Notes: a model not told the origin generated them from the sequence alone. DNA of 64,000 bases from Octopus vulgaris (GCA_951406725.2 OX597833.1:56730001-56794000); one strand, 5' to 3'. Positions 1-13,075 are shown, counted from the first letter of the stretch. Numbers and translations are program-made.

Positions 1-198
1 ATATTTTCTCATGACCAGAGATGTTTTCATGGCAGATTGGAAATGAATGATTCCACTTGTGTGACTGCAACATTCATTTACAACCATCACACAATGTCAA
101 GAAGAGGAAACTAAAACACACACACACACACACACAGATACATATATACATGTACATGACAGATTTCTTTCAGTTTCCATCTGCCAAAACAACTCATA
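1..198 (-). mobile_element. Fragment of CORE-head/RTE-tail SINE (body, microsatellite, part of head region)
   Basis: CTTTCAGTTTCCATCTGCCAAA next to an (AC)n tract matches the abundant SINE; 1-110 resembles the reverse complement of 11830-11930. Confidence 0.6.
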
Positions 199-231
199 TA
201 TTTTGTTTACTTTGGGAAAGTCAAACTGCCA

Positions 232-376
232 ATAAAACACATGCACTGATTGTATTTCATTTTGGTTTTATTATCAATTAATTAGACTGATTAATTAAGT
301 AATTGACTAATGAACTAATTAGCTAATTAACTGATGTTAAATCTAAAGTGAAATACAAGCTGTGCATGCATTTTAT
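232..376. repeat. Imperfect ~145-bp palindrome (fold-back/MITE-like)
   Basis: TAAAACACATGCACTGATTGTATTTCATTTTGG..TTAATTAG is the reverse complement, with mismatches, of CTAATTAACTGATG..AAAGTGAAATACAAGCTGTGCATGCATTTTA. Confidence 0.8.
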
Positions 377-1774
377 ATAGTACAATATCTATTACAACAT
401 ATGATTTCATATCAAGAAACTTGTAAAATAAAATAAAACATATCTTTCAGAAGTTCACCAAAACTATACATTCATTCACAACATAGTATAATATTTTTTT
501 AATAAGACATTCTATTACTAGAAGTAACATAATTTCCAACCAAAACATAATGAACAGAGAAATTCACATTATCCAAAAAAAAAAAAATAAATAATAATAA
601 TAAATGAAAAACTGAACTTAATTGGTAAGCAGTGCTGCAATTTTAGCTATGTTAACTGAGTAATTGCTAATTATCGAGAAAATAATCAGTTTGGATTCTG
701 TGAGAAAACATTGAAACAAAAGTGTTACATTTTACATGGTTTGATATGAATATGAGAGAGAAATTGTTTAAAAGTATTTAATACTACTGGAGAAATCTAA
801 CACAGACTATAAAAGTTGACTGAGGATTGTAAAATTACATTTAAAAAAATAATGGAAAGCTATATTTCAATTCATATTTTTAAACCTTAAAGAAACCAGT
901 TTATTTATATGTCTTTGGTGAAAAAATCCTATATAAACAATAAAACTAAAATTCATGTGCAATGAAAACAAATTTGAGTTTTGGAGTAATCCTTTAGTTA
1001 GTTCACTGGTATGTACTTGTGAATTAATATAAGTCATCACATTCCTTGATACATTCTCATTACTCCTCTTGTTCCCCATTCTCTCTTCACTTTACTCTCT
1101 CTCTCTTTAGTTGTCTTGAAATCCACCCACCCACAACATAGCAGCATTATACCCAGGATAGAATTTTCCTTATAGCTACTGCAGCTGGACTTGCCTGCCC
1201 AGTATTGGCCAAGTCAGTTATGAACAAGCCTGCAGCCAATGTAGACAGTTCGTTTCATGAATCTTCACTTACATATCCAAGTCATGATGATATAAAATAA
1301 ATGAAAACAAATAATATAAGATCAAGTGCACACACCTCTCACACTGAATTTATATTTGGTTTTATTTTACCTTCCCTACTTTTATAACCTGTTCAGTATT
1401 TCAATCCAGTAAAATAAAAATAAAAACAATGATTAATAAAGATACTAATTGTTTCACTTCTTTTATTTTATAGTCATCACTTGAGATACAGTCTTTATAG
1501 TGTCTCCTTCATAGTGATGCAACTCCTTTAAGGGATGAAAATATTTAAGATATAAAAGAAACACTGAAAAATTATGTAAAGAGTGTAATAATCTTTAATA
1601 AATACAAATTCTAAAGCAGGATCTGTTTGATCTTTATTAATCCAAAATTTCATAATTAGATCTACTTTTATTGATGTACTGAGTACAAAATGCTTCCTTT
1701 TCAGCTTTTCACTAGCAAATTCCTTCCACTGGTCTTTCAGACATGGTACTGAGTGAAAATTATAATAAATTGAA

Positions 1775-1950
1775 GTAGGAGTGGCTGTGTGGTAAGTAGC
1801 TTGCTAACCAACCACATGGTTCCGGGTTCAGTCCCACTGCGTGGCATTTTGGGCAAGTGTCTTCTGCTATAGCCTCGGGCCGACCAATGCCTTGTGAGTG
1901 GATTTGGTAGACGGAAACTGAAAGAAGCCTGTCGTATATATGTATATATG

Positions 1951-1981
<31 letters not shown>

Positions 1982-2203
1982 GTTTGTGCGTCTGTGTTTG
2001 TCCCCCTAGCATTGCTTGACAACCGATGCTGGTGTGTTTACGTCCCCGTCACTTAGCGGTTCAGCAAAAGAGACCGATAGAATAAGTACTGGGCTTACAA
2101 AGAATAAGTCCCGGGGGTCGATTTGCTTGACTAAAGGCGGTGCTCCAGCATGGCCGCAGTCAAATGACTGAAACAAGTAAAAGAGTAAAGAGTAAAGAGT
2201 AAA
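1775..2203 (+). mobile_element. tRNA-derived CORE-type SINE (family A; resembles octopus OR-type SINEs)
   Basis: A box TGGCTGTGTGGT, B box GGGTTCAGTCCC, CORE-like GTGGCATTTTGGGCAAGTG, internal (TA)/(TG) microsatellite, tail CATGGCCGCAGTCAAATGACTGAAACAAGTAAAAGAG; many near-identical copies in the window. Confidence 0.92.
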
Positions 2204-2399
2204 TAAATAAGTATGGAGATGGGTAAGTGCACAAGTGAAAACAGCAGAGCTGAGTGGTGCAAACTACTACAAAACCTGATAGATCCAAAACTAAACAGTT
2301 CTTTTTGTTATTGTTTGGTTTTGAACTAAGATGCATGAAGAGGTGTTCCTTACAATTTTTGTTTTGCAAATTTTTATTCCTCGATTTATCCCTGTTGCA

Positions 2400-3650
2400 A
2401 TGGCGCCAAAACATAGACTGTGCACCGCTGCAGTCTGTGGGTACAAAATAAACAAAGTAAAAGCATAACATTAGAAACTAATTTAGAAGTGTCGCAGAGA
2501 TTCAACGATGAACAGTGAGTCGTAGATATTCGAAGAGCTCTGTCTGCAACCAACAACTGTATAAACAATTCACAGTAACACCAAAATAAAGTGCTTTTGC
2601 TTAAACTGTAACAGCTTTAGCTGCAACAAAACTGACTAGGAATAGAACCAGCATAATGGAAAATATAGGAAAACTTTTACTCAAAGGACAGCATAGCTAC
2701 ACACCAGCATACCTCTCTATGTTTGCTACTTATTACAAAAATGCAAGTTTTAAGTGTAATTGATGACCTTAAGAAAAAACCCAGCATATTGGAAAATCAA
2801 AATTTCATTGCAAATTGTGGTTCATATGAGCATTTCAAGAATTGTCTAAAATTGCAGGGTATGGAGTAACAGGTGAATCTGTAAGTACCAACGAAGATAC
2901 TGCAGCTGCGTTTCCAGTTTTACTGAACAATATTATTGACAAGGAGATATACTGTAGCAAATTTTTAACATAGATGAATCAGGCTTGATATTGAAACAAA
3001 TGCCAAAACAAACTTATATTTTTTTATGAAGGAAAAACAGCACCAAAGTTCAAGGCTGCCAAAAATTGCATGAATCTCTTACTAGGTGGTAATGCATCAT
3101 GAGATGTAAATTTTAAGCCACCGCCTTTTTATCATTGAGACACCACAACGCTATGAAAGGTTAATCTAAATACCTATTTCTTTATTACCCACAAGGGGCT
3201 AAACACAGAGGGGACAAACAAGGACAGACATAGGTATTAAGTCGATTACATCGACCCCAGTGCGTAACTGGTACTTAATTTATCGACCCCGAAAGGATGA
3301 AAGGCAAAGTCGACCTCGGCGGAATTTGAACTCACATCGTAGCGGCAGACGAAATACCGCTGAGCATTTCGCCCGGCGTGCTAACGTTTCTTCCAGCTTG
3401 CCGCCTTTAATCTAAATCTAAATACCTTCCCTTTATACGGCAATCAAATAAAGAGGCATAGCTCACAAGAACAGTGTTGCAAGATTAGTTTACTATGCGT
3501 TTCTACCCAGTTGTCAAAGAATATTGTCAGCCTAAGAACCTTGGAAATAAAACCTTGCTATCTGTGAACAATATTCCAGGTCACACACCTAATTTGGATG
3601 ACCTAACAGATAATGTGCAAGTAGCATTTCTGCTTCTTCCAAACACCCAG
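2400..3650 (+). pseudogene. Decayed Tigger/pogo (TIGD-like) DNA transposase
   Basis: Manual translation across frameshifts: MAPKH..KSITLETNLEVSQRF..VVDIRRAL (HTH), TGESVSTNEDTAAAFP, QIFNIDESGL, KTAPKFKAAK..LLLGGNAS, NKTLLSVNNIPGH; many stops; interrupted by a SINE at 3176-3408. Confidence 0.85.
3176..3408 (-). mobile_element. SINE family B (Meta/MESC-like central domain)
   Basis: Minus strand reads GAGTTCAAATTCCGCCGAGGTCGACTTTGCCTTTCATCCTTTCGGGGTCGATAAATTAAGTACCAG; 13-bp TSD AATCTAAATACCT at 3163-3175 and 3415-3427; copies at 11388 and 44287. Confidence 0.9.
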
Positions 3651-3674
3651 CTTGACTCAGTTTGTTAACTATAG

Positions 3675-3770
3675 CAGTGGTTCTCAACTGAGGTCTATAA
3701 AAGATTTTGTTGCCAAAATTTGTGCCATAAATTGGTTATACTTCCACTATACACAAAATATTTGAATATA
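3675..3770 (+). mobile_element. Possible hAT-Charlie MITE end
   Basis: Starts CAGTGGTTCTCAAC, a typical Charlie/MER-type TIR; opposite end not found. Confidence 0.4.
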
Positions 3771-4084
3771 AATAAAACTGAAATGAATTTTCTCCTTCTT
3801 TGAAAGAATTTTCTGTTCTAAACGTTTGCTTCAAGCATACATTCTGCTTAACTGCAACCATGCACACACTTTCAAAGAAGTCTTGTACTTAGGAATCAGA
3901 TTTCTCATCTTACATGAACAACCCACATTAGATTACCTTCATGTTTTAAGTAGGAGGCTTTTGCTTAAAATTTGATATCTCCATCTAAACTTCAAGCAAA
4001 CTCTTACATGAGACTAATCAACTACATTCTCATTAGTTTAAATGGCTCTGTATTAAAAATTGAATTAAGATGTATTGTAATTAA

Positions 4085-4315
4085 AGGAATCAGTTGCAGT
4101 GTGCAAGAGAGAAGACCATAATGGTAAAGACATTTGATGCATATGAAGGATGACAGTTGGATGAAGAAGAGTCAAATGACCAGAGTGGAAGGATGCTACA
4201 GAAGTGGAAGACAGAGGAGATGCAGGAGGAAGTGGTGAAAGCTAATCTCAGGTTGCTGAGAAAATCACATAAAAGTTCAAATGTGAAGTGATGATAATGA
4301 TGATGATGATGATGA
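4085..4315 (+). mobile_element. RTE-clade LINE 3' fragment with (GAT)n tail
   Basis: Translates as GISCSVQERRP*W*RHLMHMKDDSWMKKSQMTRVEG..GRQRR..EVVKANL, like the RTE C-terminus. Confidence 0.7.
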
Positions 4316-4324
4316 CAACAATGA

Positions 4325-4680
4325 TCATCATCATCATCATCATCATATAGCGTCCGCTTTCCATGCTAGCATGGGTTGGACGGTTCAACTGGGGTCTGGG
4401 AAGCCAGAAGGCTGCACCAGGCCCAGTCTAATCTGGCAATGTTTCTACGGCTGGACACCAGCCACTCCGTGAGTGTAGTGGGTGCTTTTTACGTGCCACC
4501 TGCACAGGTGCCAGGCGAGGCTGGCAACGGCCACGATTGGATGGTGCTTTTTACGTGCCACCGGCATGGGGGCCAGGCGAGGCTGGCAACAGCCACATTC
4601 AGATGGTTCGCTTACGTGCCACCGGCACTGGTATCACAGCTACAATTTTCATTGATGTTGATCGATTTCGATTTTGATTC
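4325..4680 (-). mobile_element. RTE-tailed SINE-like element (family C) with internal GGTGGCACGTAAAAAGCACC repeats
   Basis: (CAT)n followed by CGTCCGCTTTCCATGCTAGCATGGGTTGGACGG; homologous to 14170-14537. Confidence 0.85.
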
Positions 4681-4959
4681 TTACATTATTTTTCATTTTT
4701 TTAAATACAAAACATTTTTCCCAAATATTTCCTTCTAGAATAATGTGTATGTATGTCTTCGCTCAAATCTTAAATCCGTACGAAATTCAAATGAAATTAA
4801 GACAGCACCAACAGGTCAACCAAACTTTTTCAGTAAGTGACTCTTATTCCTTTCCAAAGTGCCTCCTATACATTAATGATACTCCTTTACTTTGGAGCAT
4901 CTCAAAACTGATAATTATCTTTTCTACCTTAACAGGTCAGCCTCTTATAGTAATACTCA

Positions 4960-5110
4960 TAGAAGTACTTATTTTATTGACCCCAAAAGGATGAAAGGCA
5001 AAGTTGACCTTGGCAAAATTTGAACTCAGAATGTGCAGATGAATGAAATATTGAAATATTGCTAAGCATTTTTCCAAGCATGCTAACAGTTCTTCCAGCT
5101 TGCTGCCTTG
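4960..5110 (-). mobile_element. Degenerate SINE family B
   Basis: GACCCCAAAAGGATGAAAGGCAAAGTTGACCTTGGCAAAATTTGAACTCAGAA matches family B. Confidence 0.75.
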
Positions 5111-5217
5111 ATAATCATGATAATAATCATCTACTGACCAAGTGTTAGTGAAAAATTACTTCTTAATCTTGTTTTAAAGCGAATTATCTGATTTGATTAA
5201 AGAATATTTTAAGATAC

Positions 5218-5630
5218 TCTTTTACTCTTTACTCTTTTACTTGTTTCAGTCATTTGACTGTGGCCATGCTGGAGCACCGCCTTTAGTCGAGCAAATCGAC
5301 CCCGGGACTTATTCTTTGTAAGCCCAGTACTTATTCTATCGGTCTCTTTTGCCGAACCGCTAAGTTACGGAGACGTAAACACACCAGCATCGGTTGTCAA
5401 GCAATGCTAGGGGGACAAACACACATACACAAACACACACATATACACATATATATATACATATATACGACAGGCTTCTTTCAGTTTCCGTCTACCAAAT
5501 CCACTCACAAGGCATTGGTTGGCCCGGGGCTATAGCAGAAGACACTTGCCCAAGATGCCACGCAGTGGGACTGAACCTGGAACCATGTGGTTGGTTAGCA
5601 AGCTACTTACCACACAGCTACTCCTGCGCC
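5218..5630 (-). mobile_element. SINE family A, full length
   Basis: Reverse complement of 1775-2203; 8-bp TSD TAAGATAC at 5210-5217 and 5631-5638. Confidence 0.93.
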
Positions 5631-6171
5631 TAAGATACATAACATATCTCTATCTCATGCAACCCCTCAATCCCTATGAAACTATACATTGGTTTTTAGT
5701 TGAAACAATTCAAAATACAAACATATTATTCTAATTAGTTATAGCTTAGCAATTACAACAATTTTCAATAAAGAAGTAATTTGATAGTAAACTGCTAAAT
5801 GTAGTAGTTAATGAATAGCTTAAGGCACATGTCCTGTCAGTGTCTAGCATGGATTATTTTTTGAGGTGAAATAGTTGAGTGGATAAAATGCTGATGTATC
5901 AAATTCATTTCTCAAATGTTTGCAAGTTGTGTCTTTATACCATATTTTCCTGTTTCCTGTGTTGTGTTAATAAGAAACATTTGTACTGCAGAAGAATATT
6001 AGAGGCTTATTGAAATATTATACATTTATTTTCCCAAGTAAATACAAATTAGAGTGTTTTATTCAGACATTTCTGTGAGGTGTTGAAATTAGTACTTTAT
6101 AGTTTGGATAATTTTCATAACTAAAGCTTTTTAAAGCGTGAGAAGGCCCTTCTTTCACACAAACTGTTATG

Positions 6172-6383
6172 GCCGTTCAAGAATTTGGACCTGGAGATCT
6201 CCATTTCCAGCGACTTCGAGGGCCACCTCCCAGTGGTGTCGGGCATCAACGAAGAGCCCTCAACTACAACAAGACGACCAAAGTTTTTTGTTTTTTCCCA
6301 AGGTCTGGGGTCTCCTGCCCCTAAGCCCTAGACCATCACCTAATCACCCTTACCCGTCTTGTTGCTTAACAACAACAACAACA
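6172..6383 (+). mobile_element. 5'-truncated retroposon with (AAC)n tail
   Basis: GC-rich insert ending in (AAC)6; 13-bp TSD ACAAACTGTTATG at 6159-6171 and 6384-6396. Confidence 0.8.
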
Positions 6384-7116
6384 ACAAACTGTTATGCACT
6401 ACTAAATTCTTGTACTCTTAACATGAACAGACTAACTTCACCTAAACTTTTAACATCAGAGATACTTTTTATAAGATATATCAAAGAAAACAAAATTATG
6501 TTTTTTGACACAATGATGTAGGAATGCTTTAATCTATGGCTATTAAACAATAAAACCAACAAACCACTTGATCCAGCTGAATCACTCCTAAGAAATTTGC
6601 CTACAATGTGATGACCCAATGATTATTTCATGAACATATTTAACAATTATACATGAATTTTTGCTAGCTCTAAAGTGACGACTCCCACATTCAGATTAAT
6701 TACTCCAAATGGAATAAAAACTGCATCTGGTTAGGATAGTATCAGTGGCACACACAGCCAGGGGATCTCATGCACTTGTCCTACTCCACCTCCTCAATGT
6801 GAAATACAGGTTCCAAGTGCAAAAATAAATTAAAGTCTGCAATAGTCCTCTGTTCTACATCATTCTCACATTTCATTCTGCACTGCACAAGAAATACAAG
6901 TCACTAATAGGAAAACACAATGTCATGAGCAGGGGTGTGTTGCTGGCAGTAATCCAATTTGAATAATCAAATTTGTACTCAAAAGAAGTGCTTTATTGTA
7001 TCATAGTTTACTGTATTATAGTTTGCTTTAAATTGGATATGTTTCTTGCCATGCTACATTACATCTCTATATCTCCCATGCTTACTGCAGCAGACCTGTA
7101 ACCAAACTACCATCCT

Positions 7117-7710
<594 letters not shown>

Positions 7711-8699
7711 TGATTTTTTTTTATATCTATTATATATTATAGATATAAATCTGACAAAAGTTTAATAAAAAAACAACTACATAATATCTAAATCATTTAC
7801 TCTCTTGTTTTCTAAGACAAGGAGGACAAGATGACATTCATGTATTTGAATTATGCATTGATGCTGAAATTTGTCAGTGGTTTTTGTCAAACAAATGATT
7901 AAATTATATAACATTATTAAATTGAAATGCTTTTTATTGTTTTACAGATTTCAGTTCTTAATTCATTCTTCAATAAAAAAAGAAAAGCAAAATTATTTAT
8001 CATAAGAATGTGCATCTACATGCTTGTCACTCTTATTTCACAAGAAAAATACATTTAAAAGACAATTTTTTTTTGTTTTCCTTTCAAAAATTAAAGAGTG
8101 TTCATCTCATTTTAATACTTTTTATATGCATATTGTGTTCATTGATTTTGATATTAACAGATGAGCAACACATACACATACATTATGAAGTATATTATCA
8201 CAATTTGAAAATAAAATTGCTTCTTTCACAAAAAGAAATTATACATTAGCACCGTATACATTGCCTATTAACTGTGTATATAAAATCTCTTATTCTGAAC
8301 CACATTTAATAAAATTAAATTTGATCTTTTAATATCAAAAATTTTCCTTGTGTGGGTGTTATCAATCACAATTTCACAATATCCAGTATACTGCTTTCTG
8401 GATTCATAACTGAATAATTTGTAAATTTAAAATCTTTAAATGCAATGATGAAATATATTAATCAGCAAAATTTCAATAACTGATATCTATCAATGCTAGA
8501 GGGTTGCATATTCTTCAGGGGTAGCTAAAATACCATCATCATCACCACCACTGCCACCTTGCCTATGGTTACATACTGAAATTAAATTATCATCTCTATC
8601 TCAGTGCTGGCATTAAATTCCTGCTTAATAAGCCGACATGTCCAAAGATATTTTTTGTGCTTGCTAGCCAGTCACATCCGAAAAACCTTTGCAGCTTTG

Positions 8700-9830
8700 C
8701 ATTGTTTTTTTGCACCTGATGATATGGTAGTGTGATTTTTATTAAAGCTAGGTTTACAGGTGGATCAAATTATTCAAGTATAGCAACACACAAAATACCA
8801 GCTTAAGTTGCCATTGGTGAGTGACATTTCTTTAAATTCTACTTCAAAATTCACAGTGTATATGTTGTGCAGTGACTCTGTGGCGAGAGGTAACAAAAAC
8901 ATTGCAATTTTCATACCACCCAGTACCATACTGTTGAAAAGAATAAGTTGTGAATAAATCTAAACTTAGTTGAATTGAGAATAATATCATAAAACATTTC
9001 AACCCAAGAATAAAATAGTATCTAAGAAAATGAAGTACACATCAAGTGACTGAAATTATGCGGAAACAATTTGGCTGTAACTGTTTTTGCATACCTCACT
9101 GGGATGGTTGTGGATCAAGTTTTTGAACTGTAAGTAGCTATAGTGAACTCCCTTGCTGCAAAAGCACACCCTAAAGAACACTGTCTTTCATGAAATATTC
9201 ATCACATAACAAGTTTATCTATCAGAGACTTCTTTTGAGAGATGAATATGTTGAATTGCTCTTTTAAGGGAAAATATTCTTCTGTCATTATTATCACTTT
9301 CTGTAAACAACTAGAACAAATGCATAGGTGAGTCAATGTCAACATCATTCCACTGTTTACCAGGCTAGACAAATTTCTTCATGGTAGCTAGGGTTCAATG
9401 CCTGCCAATCAAAATTATTGAGCACCAATAACAAAATATCATCCCCAAAGTTGGCTCTATAGAGATAAACCAACTGTTTCTTGTCATTAAAGATGTCATT
9501 TTTGACATCAACCCTGTGAAAGATGAATTACAGAAATCGAGAAATAATTCAGTAACCCATAGCACATTTGATACTGTCAAGGATATTGCATCTTTTTGGC
9601 TTCATCAAGGAACAATGGAATATCCAACCGTAATGAATCAGGCTATCTTCATAAATCTTCCATTATCCACAACCAAATTATGTGAATTAGTGTTCTCAAC
9701 AACATGACATGTCAAGTCCGAGACTAGAAACTGGCTTCTTCCAAGATCAGATATGAGGTTATTTCTTTCAAAGATTAAATCATGCACCGAAAATTTGGTG
9801 TCAAAAAACTTCATTCAGCCAACAAAGACT
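8700..9830 (+). pseudogene. Decayed Buster/Charlie-type hAT transposase fragments
   Basis: 9580-9820 reads DIASFWLH..EYPTVMNQAIFINLPLSTTKLCELVFST*..KSETRNWL..SDMRLFLSKIK (hAT dimerisation region); 9080-9290 resembles RVFEL..YLS..EMNMLNCSFKGK. Confidence 0.7.
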
Positions 9831-10099
9831 AAGATTTTAATGACACTATATAGTAAGAGCTGAATTGTACTAAAATTGTATGCTTGCATTTTGTATAAAA
9901 CACAAATTTACACTGGGACATGAACTGTAAGGGGTGAAACTGGAAGTTAGGAAAATAAATCCAATTTTCAATGTCATCTCATGTATGTAAGATGGCCAAG
10001 TCAAGGAACTGATTAGTCAAAATAAGCTCTGATAATCTATAACTTATATGTATCAATTACACAATAATATACAACAATATCTATTTATTTCATTTTTGT

Positions 10100-10437
10100 G
10101 GATGCTGAGAGCCCCTTCGGTCATGAGTGACCATGGGATTGCACCTAGAAAGTTACCCTCCCAGGCACAAGTCCGGGCAAGATTGTTTATGGAAGATCAG
10201 CAGTCACCCATGCATACCTCTCCACATCACCAGTGTTATCCAAGGGAAAGGCAAAGGCTGGTACAGCTTGGCACCTGTGACATCGCAACTCATTTCTACA
10301 ACTGAGTGAAATGGAGCAACATGAAATAAAGTTTCTTGCTCAAGAAAGAGCACAACATGCAGCCCAATCCAGGATTCGAACTCACAACTTCACGATTGTA
10401 AGCTTGATGCTCTAACCACTGAGCCATGCGCCTTCAC
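10100..10437 (-). mobile_element. tRNA-derived SINE (family D)
   Basis: Minus strand GGCGCATGGCTCAGTGGTTAGAGC..GAGTTCGAATCC (A/B boxes) then CORE-like TTCTTGAGCAAGAAACTTTATTTC..TTGCTCC. Confidence 0.85.
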
Positions 10438-10738
10438 ATTTCTAGATAGAAATAAGTTAATTGTTGAATTTATTTTTATCAGATTATAAAGTATGTTGTA
10501 ATAAGTCAAATATATTCCTTTTATTCTGAAGTTTATACTTCAGATAGTAAGAAATCTATAAATAACATAGAAGAAAAGATATACAAAGAGGAAAAAATAT
10601 ATAAATATATCTGAGGGAAAAAGATTTACAAATATATCTGAAAAAGTTTGTGAGCAGGTTACAACTAAAAAAGAAAAATTAAAACAATTTAGAGGTAAAT
10701 AACCAATCTGTTTATCCATTCGAAAATATGGGTATTAA

Positions 10739-10961
10739 ACCTTTAGTGGTCATAGCACCAATGTTTCTAGATATGCTTACGTGTGATAAAAAAAAAAACA
10801 AGGAAAGCTAACTCAAAAAAAAGAATGTAACTTTCTATGTGATTTTGGAGGAGGGTAAACAGCAATCAAAAAATGTTATCAACAAGTCTGGTTTGAACAA
10901 ACAGAACTTTTTATTCATGTTGTTATAGTAGTTGTATTCGGCTGTTTCGAATGCTAAAGGG
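10739..10961. mobile_element. TTAA-flanked piggyBac-type MITE
   Basis: TTAA|ACCTTTAGTGGTC ... GAATGCTAAAGGG|TTAA. Confidence 0.7.
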
Positions 10962-11387
10962 TTAATCATTAAAATGTCTTGACTGCAATAAAGCTGTCAG
11001 ATAATACCATTTAAATTTCCATTTAGAAAAATGTTAGCACTACTTTAAGACCATGTGCATATAAAGCACTGCTTAAGTGTTTATTTTTAAAAAACTACAA
11101 ATTTGCTAATATTTCCATATTAAGTTATCTTACAATGTTATAGGATTGTCATTAAAAGAAGACTTTTATATTTTTGAAAGTTCGTGCACAAAAGAATTAA
11201 GCAAAATTCATCAAGTAACATAAACACTTGCCATATTGTTTTCCTGGAATATCTTGATCATAATTTATAACAGATTTCCAATATGATACTTTAATTACAA
11301 AATATTAACTTTCTTTGACAGAAAAACAACATTACCCGCCTCCATTTTTGCTGAATTTCAGAATAAAGTACATTGATGAATATCCTA

Positions 11388-11620
11388 GTTCTTTACTACC
11401 CACAAGGGGCTAAACACAGAGAGGACAAACAAGGACAGACAAACGGAGTAAGTCGATTATACCGACCCCAGTGCGTAACTGGTACTTATTTAATCGACCC
11501 CGAAAGGATGAAAGGCAAAGTCGACCTCAGCAGAATTTGAACTCAGAACGTAGCGGCAGACGGAATACCGCTAAGCATTTCGCCCGGTGTGCTAACGATT
11601 CTACCAGCTCGCCGCCTTAT
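11388..11620 (-). mobile_element. SINE family B, full length
   Basis: 17-bp TSD CATTGATGAATATCCTA at 11371-11387 and 11622-11638. Confidence 0.93.
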
Positions 11621-11647
11621 TCATTGATGAATATCCTATAAACATAT

Positions 11648-12052
11648 AGGCACAGGCATGGTTGTGTGGTTAGAAAATTTCTTCCTAACCACGTGGTTCT
11701 AGTTTCAATCCCACTGTGTGGCACCTTGGGCAAGTACTGCCTACTATAACCCTGAGCTGACAAAAGCATTGTTTATTTGATAGACAGAAACTAGTGTATG
11801 TATGTGTGTGTGGGAGAGAGTTTCTCCTTTCTGGCTGAAAGTAAATGAGTATCACTATCCCCACACAAGCAATGTTGTTCATTTCTAATATTCTGCAAGA
11901 ATGTATCTAGCCATGGAGAGATATCACCTTGCTTGGAAACGGATGAGGGAACAAGAAGGACATCCAGCTGTAGAAGATTTACCTCAAATAAAGTCAACTA
12001 GCCCATGCAAGCAAGGAAAAGTGGATGTTGAATGATGAAGATGATGACGATG
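11648..12052 (+). mobile_element. Chimeric SINE: family-A tRNA/CORE head with family-C (RTE-type) tail
   Basis: Head GGCACAGGCATGGTTGTGTGGTTAG..GGCACCTTGGGCAAGT; tail GAAGGACATCCAGCTGTAGAA..CCCATGCAAGCAAGGAAAAGTGGATGTTGAATGATG. Confidence 0.8.
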
Positions 12053-13075
12053 TATAAAAGAGTTAATTCAAATAAAATATACCTGTATGCTTCATAACTT
12101 AAAAGGTGCAGGTGGAAACTTGAGAAAGTGAAGAAAGAATAATTAAGTGATCGAGAATTTTAAAAGCATAATGTAAAATAAAATGACAAGCTGAGGAAAG
12201 ATAACCAAAAAAAATAAATGTTTTAGAGAGCAGAAAGTAAAGTAACTGGAATGTTGTTTTGAATGATTGCCAACAGGACAGTTTAAAGACCTTTAGTGAA
12301 GTGGTAAGAATTTACACATTGAATTTCCTATCCAAACAGCTGTAATTAATAATAAAAAAATATTCTGAGGCCTAGATAAATTTCAATGGCCAAATCAATG
12401 AGCAGTTGTTTATTTGTCACGCCTAGCTTAACGAATCAATATTTATCTAACCCATATTACTGACTCAACAAACTTTGGAACAACTTATCAATAATCTTTA
12501 ATAAAGAAGTAATCATTGATCAGTTTATGATCAGTAACACTTGACATGTCTGCTTTGTTCTGCCTTTAAATATTTATTGATGCATATAAAATATTTAGAA
12601 ATATTACCTTTATTTCTTACAATATTTCAGCTGTAATCATCAACATGATAAACACTGTTTAATAGTAATAAAACGCATCATAACACCAGCTGTATAATAA
12701 TCCATACTATAAATGTTTACTTTGGCACTAACGTGTCTGAACACCAGAGAATATCTGGATATAACAGCATATTATTTTGTGTATTTTAATGGTTATTAAT
12801 CAATTATCATATTGACATTTCAACCAAATGCCAAAATATGCATTGTCACTCCTAATCATTTGATCAGTTTTCTTCCAGTTCAAACATCATTTAGAGATAG
12901 AAGGAATTTCTTGGAACATTCTAAATAAAACAAGTACATAGCTATATCCTGCCAAACTAACAAGAGTTTAGTAAAATAATTATTTAAAGAATTGTGCAAG
13001 TAAAAGTGCTTTGATGATTATATGAAATGTCTTTGCTTGTATGAATACAAACATAATCACACATATCCACCTCAT

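Noticed and set aside
1176-1300. Possible terminal exon after TTTCCTTATAG (TAAGLACPVLAKSVMNKP..)
   Set aside because: Short, no recognisable homology and no partner exons
1737-2012. Recurrent peptides such as YSRRHLPKMPRSGTEPGTMWLVSKLLTTQ and EDTCPRCHAVGLN
   Set aside because: Antisense translations of SINE family A, not a gene family
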